64,000 nucleotides of DNA from a virus (lineage: Duplodnaviria; Caudoviricetes). Shown piece by piece: positions 51,107 to 59,677 of this stretch. Each line of letters opens with the position of its first letter. Position 1 is the first letter of the stretch. The position numbers were made by a program, and so were the translations under genes. The stretch spans positions 100,997 to 164,996 of the IMG/VR virus record IMGVR_UViG_3300010340_000989; one strand, 5' to 3'. The notes beneath the pieces are model-generated. The model saw nothing but the letters and a program-made list of their open reading frames with translations, was not told the DNA's origin and did no database searches.

Positions 51107-51721
51107 TTAAGCCATTCTAAAATCTTTAAGAAAGTCTCTCAAGAAAACATTCTTTTCTCCTCCCATATAATCAACCCATTTATTGTAATAGTCTACTAAA
51201 TCTTTAGATTCTTTACAAGTTTTTCTAAGAGATTTAATAAACCATCTATCATTACGATTATTTACAGAAATATAAGGATTTGGATTGTTCCAAATCCAAT
51301 CTTCAAAATCTAAATAAACATATTTTTTATTTTCATCTTTTAGAAAAACTCTTTCATCTACAATAAAAACTACTCCTGTTAATTGATCACCTAAATCTGG
51401 TTCGTTAAAACCAACATTAAAAATACCATTCTTATCAAGTGTTTCTTTATGGTTGTTTAATGATCCAACATATTTATGATCCACAATTCGATTATTTGTA
51501 GTACCACCATTTAAAACGATATAAGTTTTCCAGTTTTCTAACCAATCAACATATCGTTCAATATCTTCTTTAGGTATATCATTGCCTTTACCCATAAGAG
51601 ATTTAATAACTTTTAATGCAAATTCATCGGTTGCGTGTCCATATTGAATTCCAGATTGTATTCCACTTAACTGATAAGGTGTTAATCCATACATCCTTAA
51701 TTCTAATCTTTTAGTTTCCAT
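51107..51721 (-). CDS. PTH2-like peptidyl-tRNA hydrolase-fold protein
   Basis: LS.IQ.GIQ.GHA, KT.IVLNGG, F.EPDL..QLT. Confidence 0.55.
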   Translation of the reverse strand: METKRLELRMYGLTPYQLSGIQSGIQYGHATDEFALKVIKSLMGKGNDIPKEDIERYVDWLENWKTYIVLNGGTTNNRIVDHKYVGSLNNHKETLDKNGIFNVGFNEPDLGDQLTGVVFIVDERVFLKDENKKYVYLDFEDWIWNNPNPYISVNNRNDRWFIKSLRKTCKESKDLVDYYNKWVDYMGGEKNVFLRDFLKDFRMA

Positions 51722-52575
51722 CCTATTGTATTTTTTGCAAAAATTTTATTACCAATAACCATATCTTGTGTTATTGTATTATTTTTATATTTTTTTAAAA
51801 CATGAAGTTGTAACTTACTTTCTTTACAAAATAATTGTAGTTTATTATTACCATATATTATAAATTCATCTAAAGATGGAGATATTAAAAAATATATTTT
51901 TATATCAGATCTTATATTAGAATTTTTCTTACCTTTTCTTAATGAAGAAGATTTCTTTATTGAATTTCTACCTTTTTCAGATAAAATAATCTTACCATCT
52001 TTGTGAGCTTTGCGAACTGATTCTTTTTGTTTTTCGCTAGTTTTTTTACCATACATGCAATTTTTTTCACCCATTTGCCTATCCGAGACTTTTTTCCTAT
52101 TTTCTTCATTAGAATAATAATCTTTCTTAATATTAGAAATTTTTTTAGAAAATTCTTCGGATTTCATTTTATACAACCATTCTTTATTATTTTTAATAGA
52201 ATTTTTTTGTTTATTAATAGACAACTCACTTCTTTTAATACCTAAAGATCCATCTCCTCCTTTTGTCATATTTGTTAATGGTCCATTTGGATATCTACCT
52301 ATTTTTTTAATTACTTCAATTTCAATTCTTTTAGCATAATCATCATCTATATTTTCATATAAAAAAACTATTTTTGGTAGAAGACCAAAATTCTTAATTT
52401 TTTCAATTTTACCTGATTTATGAGTATTAATAACTTTTTTTTCATTAAGATGTTCATATGCTCTATATCCATATCCTTTACCAACATAGAAAGGTTCATA
52501 ATCAAATTCTAAATCATCGTATATAAAAATTCCAGGCTTTCTTACATCTAAATAAACATAAACATAACTATTCAT
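51703..52575 (-). mobile_element. Free-standing GIY-YIG homing endonuclease with NUMOD3 motifs
   Basis: YVYVY...PFYVGKG..R..EH, GPLTN.TKGGDG, GEKNCMYGK; TTATATATA upstream. Confidence 0.82.
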
Positions 52576-52622
52576 ATATTATATATAAAAAAATAAATCT
52601 ACCCTATTGAATATGTAATAAA

Positions 52623-53132
52623 TTATATGGTACTAGTTATATTTTTAATTTTAAGTGAAAGACTTCTATTACTAAATGGTTTCATACCAGTTACTTCAAT
52701 AAGAACTAAGTCTTTAATATAGTCTGGTAAAACTACTTCATAATCTTCGGTAGGAATTTCGATTTCAGCAATGATTAATTGATAACCACTATTAAATTCA
52801 TCAACTTCCCACTTTAGATCACCATCTTTATAGATGTGTCTTGTTTTCTTTATATACTTTGAATCATTTGGAGTTTTATAACATTTATCCTTAAAAGCAT
52901 TGAATTCTTTCAAAGAAAGAAAATGTTCATCTTCCATATTTGCAATCTTAGAAACAGATTTTTTAATGGTGTGAATGTATTTCACATCACCATTAGAGGA
53001 AGACCAGCTTCTAGCTCGTTCCCAAATTCCTGCTTGATTTTTAAAATAAAACTGATGTATTTCTACAATCTGTTCTGGTTGAATCCCTGGTAGAGATTTT
53101 AAGAGAAATTTGCGTTCAATTTCTAGATTCAT
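52623..53132 (-). CDS. CYTH-domain (triphosphate tunnel) protein
   Basis: EIERKFL, IKKTR, WEVDEF, AEIE, EVTG. Confidence 0.88.
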   Translation of the reverse strand: MNLEIERKFLLKSLPGIQPEQIVEIHQFYFKNQAGIWERARSWSSSNGDVKYIHTIKKSVSKIANMEDEHFLSLKEFNAFKDKCYKTPNDSKYIKKTRHIYKDGDLKWEVDEFNSGYQLIIAEIEIPTEDYEVVLPDYIKDLVLIEVTGMKPFSNRSLSLKIKNITSTI

Positions 53133-53584
53133 TATTGATTTCTATTTTTTATATAAGTTTCTACTTTTTCAAATATACGGCTAATTATTAAAAGTCCAAA
53201 TGTTAAAATTATTGGAAGTAAAAAAGAATTTATCGTGCCGATCAATATACCAATTGCTGATACTATCCATATAAATGCTGCAGTTGTTACTCCTACTATC
53301 TTATCATCATTTTTCATGATAACACCAGCACCAAGAAATCCAATTCCAGTTACAATCTGTCCAATAATTCTGGTTGGATCAATATTTGGATTACCTTTTG
53401 ATAGGTAAAATGATAGCGCGGTTAGTATAGTACACCCAACACATATTAAAATGTTTGTTCGTATACCAGCAACTTTTTGTTTAATCTCTCGGTCATACCC
53501 AATTATCAATCCACATATAGTTGCTATAAGGACTTTAGGGAGTAAAAATGTTGCTAGTGGAATAAATTCTGGATCTATAATCAT
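53132..53584 (-). CDS. mgtC: MgtC/SapB-family membrane protein
   Basis: IGYDRE..K.AGIRT, DPTRIIGQIVTGIGFLGAG, GVTTAA; TATAAATA at 53591-53598 (-). Confidence 0.9.
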   Translation of the reverse strand: MIIDPEFIPLATFLLPKVLIATICGLIIGYDREIKQKVAGIRTNILICVGCTILTALSFYLSKGNPNIDPTRIIGQIVTGIGFLGAGVIMKNDDKIVGVTTAAFIWIVSAIGILIGTINSFLLPIILTFGLLIISRIFEKVETYIKNRNQ

Positions 53585-53599
53585 ATTAACTATTTATAA

Positions 53600-53696
53600 A
53601 ATAAAAATCCCCTCATAGGAGGGGATTTTTGTGAGTTTAATTCTTTTGAGAAGAAGATAACAACAACGATATCAATTAAACTCACAAACAACACCC
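53600..53696 (-). ncRNA. Candidate ~95-nt structured small RNA
   Basis: AAAC-N17-TATAAT (53699-53725), perfect 15-bp inverted repeat 53628-42/53674-88, then terminator. Confidence 0.4.
53603..53630 (-). terminator. Intrinsic terminator
   Basis: 12-bp stem AAAAATCCCCTC-atag-GAGGGGATTTTT. Confidence 0.85.
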
Positions 53697-53713
53697 TTAT
53701 TATATTCTAATTT

Positions 53714-53896
53714 TTAGAAAAGTTTTCTTTTAGACCTTGAAATATAAATACCAAGTCCAAAAAGGAAAAGTGATAATACATCTAATCCCAACTCAGCTGG
53801 CGATTCTGGGAAAAAATTACCACCAAATGACTTAGTTATAAAAAACTGTGCAAGAATGGTAAGGATTATAATTGAGTTTCCTATAAATCGATTCAT
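53714..53896 (-). CDS. Small two-TM membrane protein
   Basis: Start moved to ATG 53896, downstream of TATATTTG at 53916-53923. Confidence 0.6.
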   Translation of the reverse strand: MNRFIGNSIIILTILAQFFITKSFGGNFFPESPAELGLDVLSLFLFGLGIYISRSKRKLF

Positions 53897-53969
53897 ATCT
53901 CTTTGTTTTGTTTTACAAATATACGAAAAATAAGATACAAAAAATAATATATAAAAGAAAAATTCATCC

Positions 53970-54323
53970 ATGAAAAACATCAAATCTTTTGGAAGTTTTA
54001 AAATAAACGAAAATACTGAAAATATTGAAAACTCAGAAAAACTAACTGGAGAAGTAACTCTTTACAGACTAACATCACATCCTGTTGTTGATTTATCTCA
54101 ACCAGGAGAATTCTATTTTTCAGATTCATCAAAGGTAAATCCTGATTTTTTAGAAAATAAAGAATCTAACGATCTTTATCTAATTACAGTAAAATGTGAT
54201 TCTAGTAATATTGATGATGAAAAATCTGAACTAGAGTGTGCTAAATTAGATTGTGATTGTATTGTTGCTGTTAAGGATGATACTAAATGTGAGGTTATTT
54301 CAGTAGAACCATATAAAGGATAA
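53970..54323 (+). CDS. Tagged protein, possible degenerate ADP-ribosyltransferase-like fold
   Basis: MKNIKSFGSFKINE; TLYR...G.FYFS pattern; TAATATATA 53945-53953. Confidence 0.5.
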   Translation: MKNIKSFGSFKINENTENIENSEKLTGEVTLYRLTSHPVVDLSQPGEFYFSDSSKVNPDFLENKESNDLYLITVKCDSSNIDDEKSELECAKLDCDCIVAVKDDTKCEVISVEPYKG

Positions 54324-54327
54324 TAAT

Positions 54328-54498
54328 ATGAAATATTTAAAAACATTTGAAAGTCTAGATAAAGTAAAATCAATTCATGTATCAACACACGAATTGGATG
54401 AGTATGATCAACCAGTTCTTAATATTGAAACAGAAAATGGTCGAAAATACTACCTAAATTTAAAATCATGGAATGATTTTGATGATACTGAAGATTAA
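54328..54498 (+). CDS. 56-aa tagged protein missed by the ORF track (MKYLKTFESLDK...)
   Basis: Manual translation; same N-terminal tag as neighbours. Confidence 0.75.
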   Translation: MKYLKTFESLDKVKSIHVSTHELDEYDQPVLNIETENGRKYYLNLKSWNDFDDTED

Positions 54499-54530
54499 AG
54501 AAATTTTAAAAAGAAAATATATTCTTACTA

Positions 54531-54842
54531 ATGAAATACTTAAAAATATACGAAGAGTTTGACTCTCAAGGATACCAATCACATTGGGATAAATTTACAA
54601 AATGGTTGTCTGATAAAGATTTTGATCTATATGACGGTTTAGAAGATTTAAAATCTAAATTTATGGAAATTGCTAATGATGATAGTTTAGCAGTTGAAGA
54701 AAAGTCAAATGAAATTGCAGGTTATCTAGACGAGAAATGGGGTCTTTATGACGGATATATGGATGTGGTTGATTACCTTGAATCACTATTTATGGATGAG
54801 GATGAATATCATGATGGTGAATATGATGATGAAAATTACTAA
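54531..54842 (+). CDS. Very acidic putative internal head protein
   Basis: MKYLKIYEEF; D/E-rich. Confidence 0.7.
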   Translation: MKYLKIYEEFDSQGYQSHWDKFTKWLSDKDFDLYDGLEDLKSKFMEIANDDSLAVEEKSNEIAGYLDEKWGLYDGYMDVVDYLESLFMDEDEYHDGEYDDENY

Positions 54843-54844
54843 CT

Positions 54845-55324
54845 ATGAGATACTTAAAAAAGTTTAATGAGAGTGAATCTAAGGATTATGACTTTTATAT
54901 GTCAATATATGATCCACTTGATAAGTTTGTTGTTGGTGCTTATATGATAATTGAAGATTCTGAAAAAACAATAACAGTTTTAAACCTTCAAGAGAAAGAA
55001 GACACAAGAGGATTTTTCGCAGATGGTAAGACACCATATACATTTATGCCGTTTAAAGTTAGATTACCCAAATCACAAATAGAAGTTTTAGATTCAGTAG
55101 ATAACATGGATGGATTTAACTGGATTAAGATACCTTATTGGTTAATTAAAAATAATCCAGGTTTAAAAATACAAAGAATTAAAAAGTCAAAAAGATTTTC
55201 TAACAACTCAACATTACATAAGTTATTGAAGCCTGAAATGGTTGATGATGATGTTAGAAAATATTTAAGTATTACTGATAAAGATCCTAGAACTATAATT
55301 AATCTGAATTTTATTAAAAAATAA
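54845..55324 (+). CDS. Putative internal head protein
   Basis: MRYLKKFNESE. Confidence 0.7.
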   Translation: MRYLKKFNESESKDYDFYMSIYDPLDKFVVGAYMIIEDSEKTITVLNLQEKEDTRGFFADGKTPYTFMPFKVRLPKSQIEVLDSVDNMDGFNWIKIPYWLIKNNPGLKIQRIKKSKRFSNNSTLHKLLKPEMVDDDVRKYLSITDKDPRTIINLNFIKK

Positions 55325-56216
55325 TTTCACCATCAAAACCCAATCTAACATTTTTACCATCAAATACTATAGTCTCTCTAATATCAGAAGGTTTAAATGT
55401 GTTTTTATGATAAACACGAATAGGTCTCCTAAATTGGTCTTCAGGTGGCATATAAACATAGTTAAAACATTCACAAGCGCCACCATATCTTTTCCAAGAT
55501 TTAGTTAATAGAAAGTTCTCGCCAATTAATTCTTTTATGTGAAAGTATATAAATTTTTCTTTTGAGTATTCATTGACAGGCATTAAAGATACAAGACCTA
55601 TGTCATTAACATTTACTGAATTAGACCAATCGAGATATTTAAATACTTCTTCTTTACTATCGATATATCCTTTTATTAGATTACATCTAAATTGAATTTG
55701 ATGTTGATCTCTTGCATTATTTTTGACAATATCTAATATCTCTTCGGATGAAGGGGTTTTAGTTCCAAAAATCTCATCATTTAACTTATCATCATAGTGA
55801 TGTCGAGATAATTGTATATAATCGTAAAGTTTAGAAACCGGATCTTCCATTAATTGTCTCCATCTAAATCCATCCGTGTTCATAGATAGTTCGGCATTTG
55901 GTGCCCATTCTTTTGCTAAATTTGAGATACTTAAAAAATTATCCCAATATAAGGTCGGTTCGCCACCTGAAACAGCAACTTTGCTAATTTTTATTTTAGA
56001 TGTTATTTCTTTGAATACCTCAATAAGTTTCTTTTCATCATATTTATTAGCATCATCAGCATATGTGCAAAATTTACATTTTGCATTGCAAAATTTTGTT
56101 CTTATATAAAGATGAACGTATGGTTCTTGTACCTCTTGAGCATCTTGTTCAAAAAGATGACAAACATGGGTTTTTAATGGAATGTTTTTACCAAATAATT
56201 CAATACTTTCTATCAT
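55314..56216 (-). CDS. Radical SAM enzyme
   Basis: CNAKCKFC, SGGEPT, MNTDG, QLSRHHYDD; start moved to ATG 56216. Confidence 0.9.
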   Translation of the reverse strand: MIESIELFGKNIPLKTHVCHLFEQDAQEVQEPYVHLYIRTKFCNAKCKFCTYADDANKYDEKKLIEVFKEITSKIKISKVAVSGGEPTLYWDNFLSISNLAKEWAPNAELSMNTDGFRWRQLMEDPVSKLYDYIQLSRHHYDDKLNDEIFGTKTPSSEEILDIVKNNARDQHQIQFRCNLIKGYIDSKEEVFKYLDWSNSVNVNDIGLVSLMPVNEYSKEKFIYFHIKELIGENFLLTKSWKRYGGACECFNYVYMPPEDQFRRPIRVYHKNTFKPSDIRETIVFDGKNVRLGFDGEIIF

Positions 56217-56229
56217 AAACTTACTATTG

Positions 56230-56514
56230 TTAACAACGTGATGAAGAATATCCACCACCACCACAACCACTACTTGTGTAATTTGACGAAGAGGAAGAAC
56301 TAGAAGGTTTTTTCTTTTTAATTTTAGGCTCTATATCATTTTCAGTACAAAAAGTTAGATATACTGTCCTTTCAACGTCCCCTGTATCAATTAAATCTTC
56401 AGCAGCATCATTGAATTTCATTTCAAAATCTGATTGTTTAGTGTATCGTTTTTTATAAAAACTTGCTAATTTCGTTAGCAATTCTTCTTGTTGACTATCA
56501 TGTAGTTTTCCCAT
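56230..56514 (-). CDS. Small protein with Ser/Gly/Cys tail; candidate radical SAM substrate
   Basis: Ends KKKKPSSSSSSSNYTSSGCGGGGYSSSRC; 13 nt from the rSAM start; TAATATATA 56534-56542. Confidence 0.7.
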   Translation of the reverse strand: MGKLHDSQQEELLTKLASFYKKRYTKQSDFEMKFNDAAEDLIDTGDVERTVYLTFCTENDIEPKIKKKKPSSSSSSSNYTSSGCGGGGYSSSRC

Positions 56515-56550
56515 AATAAGTAATATTTTTTATTATATATTAAAAACTAT

Positions 56551-56832
56551 CTAATGATTTAATATATTCTTTAATTTCTTTTGTCTTATTTCCTTTAATG
56601 TTAATTTATCTGTATCTTCCCATAAAACAGTAGTACCAAAATCAATTATAAGTCTTCTTTGTTTTTTAAAACAACATTGGCAAATCCTTGAAGGAAATGA
56701 ACCCTGATATTGTCTTTCTAGTAAATTAGATATAGTATTATATACATAATATTTATCAACCTCATCCTTCCAAGAAGAATATTCCCAGTCATGATATCCA
56801 AAAAAACATTTTATTTTATTTTTATAACTCAC
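56551..56832 (-). CDS. Zinc-binding hypothetical protein (DUF1660-like) with C-terminal tag
   Basis: KCFFGYHDW...RICQCC; ends KEIRQKKLKNILNH. Confidence 0.7.
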   Translation of the reverse strand: MSYKNKIKCFFGYHDWEYSSWKDEVDKYYVYNTISNLLERQYQGSFPSRICQCCFKKQRRLIIDFGTTVLWEDTDKLTLKEIRQKKLKNILNH

Positions 56833-57820
56833 TGATTAAATTTAATGATTTTTTATATCTTTCATTCCAATCACCACCAATTTCTACGAAATTACACCCA
56901 TAGTTTATAAGATATGATTTAATAACTTCATAATGATTCCATCTCTCCTCTAAGAATTTTCTTGTACCATCTTGAACACCTTCACAATCTGGTTTTAATA
57001 AGATGTAAAGATCATATTTAGGTTTGGTTTTAAGAACATTTAAGAAGTATGGTTCAACTTTTTGGTATTCATCAGGACAATACATCTTTGAAAAAAGATA
57101 TGTTGTTATATCTTCTGTATCACATATTAGATATTTTTTAGAAAATTTTATCATCCAATCTTCTATTTCTTGACGACCTTTTGAGATAGGAATAAAATCA
57201 TCAATAGTTATTGAATTATTAATCTCATATATCAATCTACCATATTCAGTAACAAAATTAGTTCCTAAATTATTAGATACATTTTTAGTTAATGTAGATT
57301 TACCAACTGACTCAGGCCCCATGATTGCAATCCTTTTTACAAAAAATGGCTTCATAGAATCTGGTATAAAATTCCAATTTTTAAATGGATCATTTCTAAC
57401 CATAGTTCCTGAAATAGGTACAATTTTTCTTTCTTTATCAACTAATACATGTTCAACACCAAGATATCGAGCAAAATCATCCCCATAGTTTTCAGATGTA
57501 AATACAGCATCTAAACTATCGATTTGTGAATAAACAAGTGGTATCCAATATGAATAAAATTCATCCAAAGTTTCACAATCATAATCATAAGCTGGTAGAC
57601 CTTCATCCGAAACACAATAGATTTTAATGTTAGGGACTTTATCATAACACGATTTAAGTGCATCAAATCTAACTTCACCAGGAATAGATTGTGATGAATT
57701 ATGTGTTATAATTACATGTACCATCTCAGATTGAGATAAAGCGGTATTAATTAGATATAAATGTCCAAGATGTAATCCATAGAATTTACCTAAAACTAAT
57801 ACATTTTTATATTTTTTCAT
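56822..57820 (-). CDS. nadR: Bifunctional NMN adenylyltransferase / ribosylnicotinamide kinase (NadR, no HTH)
   Basis: GKFYGLHLGH, VFTSENYG, PISGT.VR, GPESVGKST, EYGR, CDTE, QDGTR. Confidence 0.9.
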   Translation of the reverse strand: MKKYKNVLVLGKFYGLHLGHLYLINTALSQSEMVHVIITHNSSQSIPGEVRFDALKSCYDKVPNIKIYCVSDEGLPAYDYDCETLDEFYSYWIPLVYSQIDSLDAVFTSENYGDDFARYLGVEHVLVDKERKIVPISGTMVRNDPFKNWNFIPDSMKPFFVKRIAIMGPESVGKSTLTKNVSNNLGTNFVTEYGRLIYEINNSITIDDFIPISKGRQEIEDWMIKFSKKYLICDTEDITTYLFSKMYCPDEYQKVEPYFLNVLKTKPKYDLYILLKPDCEGVQDGTRKFLEERWNHYEVIKSYLINYGCNFVEIGGDWNERYKKSLNLISEL

Positions 57821-58652
57821 CTTCTATTAATTTATCAATTTCTTTAAAATTATTATCCATTATTAAATAAAAATCATATATTTTTGAGGCAGTTTCTTTT
57901 TTTATGATATTTATTTCTTTGTTCTTTTCCCAATAGTACCAAGATTTTATCTCAAATATTATATTTGTATTTTTTATTTTGAAATCAACAAAATAAATAT
58001 GTTCTTTACCATTCATATCAAAATAAGGAATTGTTGGTCCCTTTTCAATAATATCAAACTTACCTTTGTATTCTAAATATTCTATAAACTTTAATTCATA
58101 TTTACTTTGATAATTCAATCCTTTATATTCTTTTGTATGAATTTTTGCCCATCCACTACCTGGGCTTCTACGACCTTCTTTGAAAGCGAGAATTGCAGAT
58201 TTACTCATTTTAGTTTTAACATCTTCACTTCTTTTACTTCCAGTATTTACTTTATGTGCTTTTTTCCAAGGTTTTGCCTCTCTTATCTTTATTTTACTAC
58301 TTTCCCAAGTAAACGGATTGCCATTTAGTTCCATATATTTCCTTGTAGCCTCTTTTGAATTTTCTGAACAAGGTTTACCAAAGTGAATATTTCTATTTCC
58401 TTTATTTACACATTTTTTACAATAATGAACATTATTATTAATATCTAAATCTCTTATACGTCTTTTATGAATTATACTACAATCATCACATATTAAATTT
58501 ATAGATATAGTTCTAAATGTTGATCCTTTTAAAAATGTCCAATGTACTTCAATCTCATTTCCTTCAATTTGTTTACCTATTTTTCTCTCCCACTTTGTTT
58601 TACTTTTATCAGATATTTTAATTTTGACAAATTCACCTTCTTTTATATACAT
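57807..58652 (-). mobile_element. Free-standing TnsA-like PD-(D/E)xK endonuclease with NUMOD3-like motifs
   Basis: YQSKYELKF, IPY, YFVDF...EIKS, K; late motif 58672-58680. Confidence 0.72.
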
Positions 58653-58697
58653 TTTATAATTTATTTTTATGTATATATTACAATTATTCCCTCTACT

Positions 58698-58919
58698 TTA
58701 AGGACATATTTCATCTTCTATTAGTTTAAACCTAACTTCACCATCTGTACTTAATTCATTCCAAATATCTAGTGGTCTTGAATAATAAGATCCAAACAAT
58801 AAAGATTGATAATTTACAAAAATTTCTTGTGTTTCTGTATGTTTAGATAGGAAAAGAACTCTATAAAGACCACCTTTATAATGTCTATATTTTTTACCGG
58901 GTTCTGGATATTTTATCAT
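58698..58919 (-). CDS. DUF1653-family protein
   Basis: YRHYKGGLY.V...HTET.E..V.Y......RP. Confidence 0.85.
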   Translation of the reverse strand: MIKYPEPGKKYRHYKGGLYRVLFLSKHTETQEIFVNYQSLLFGSYYSRPLDIWNELSTDGEVRFKLIEDEICP

Positions 58920-59155
58920 TGTAATGTTTTATTAATATATTCCAATTTTTCAATAGGACATTCAATATGATTAAGAGATTTTATTAGTTCTCCTAACTCA
59001 TTTGAAGATTCTTTTATAATATCCTTTAAATATCTTGATTCCTTCACTGATTTAGATTTTAAAAATTTCTTCACTGTGCCATTAACTATAGATCTCTTAA
59101 CAAATAACTTAATTTGTTGTTCATCTAATCCATTTATTTTTTTTTTAAATCCCAT
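58916..59155 (-). CDS. Hypothetical basic protein
   Basis: 79-aa ORF, ATGA-coupled. Confidence 0.65.
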   Translation of the reverse strand: MGFKKKINGLDEQQIKLFVKRSIVNGTVKKFLKSKSVKESRYLKDIIKESSNELGELIKSLNHIECPIEKLEYINKTLQ

Positions 59156-59158
59156 ATA

Positions 59159-59677
59159 TTATTTTTTAATTTTATTCCAATTTATTAATCCTTGTATAGA
59201 TAATATCAAAAACACTAAATATATAAATGATGATAAATATAGTTGATTTTGAATAAAAAGTATTATGTATAAAATGTCTGCCACTATCCAAAAATACCAA
59301 GCCTCTATCTTTTTAAACAATAATAGAAACATCCCAAAAATACTAAGTGTTGTAGTTATTGTGTCTAAAATAGGATGAGTACTTTCAATGGTTAAATATG
59401 AAACTATAAGTAAAGTGGGTGCTAAATAAGATAATATCTCAAAGAATTCTGTTTTTTTAAGAGATTTTATTTCGTTATTCTTATTCCAATTTATCCAAGC
59501 ATAAATAGATTGAGCTAAAAATAATCCTTGTAACCAAAAATTTGCAAATTCACTTTTTGTGTAAAATAAATATGCGAACGCCAAAATACCAATAATACCC
59601 GTTGGCCAACACCAAATTTTATTTTTTGATGTTAACCAAACTGATATAAGACTAAATAATACTGCTATTATCTCCAT
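59159..59677 (-). CDS. pnuC: PnuC-family vitamin (nicotinamide riboside) transporter
   Basis: WCWPTGI, YAWINW, LDT, KKIEAWYFWIVAD, GLINW; multi-TM. Confidence 0.88.
   Translation of the reverse strand: MEIIAVLFSLISVWLTSKNKIWCWPTGIIGILAFAYLFYTKSEFANFWLQGLFLAQSIYAWINWNKNNEIKSLKKTEFFEILSYLAPTLLIVSYLTIESTHPILDTITTTLSIFGMFLLLFKKIEAWYFWIVADILYIILFIQNQLYLSSFIYLVFLILSIQGLINWNKIKK

Larger units (their letters stand above)
319..58680. promoter_or_regulatory. Dispersed late-promoter motif TAATATATA (at least 17 exact copies near gene starts)
   Basis: + at 4145, 5362, 6774, 8751, 18733, 19135, 21595, 27826, 31973, 36443, 53945; - at 319, 5308, 6713, 25036, 56534, 58672. Confidence 0.75.

Noticed and set aside
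53628-53667. Solitary type VI-B-like CRISPR repeat (TTCT-TTTG-AGAA...ACAAC)
   Set aside because: Single copy, lacks the 5' GTTG, weak resemblance; better explained as part of the minus-strand hairpin
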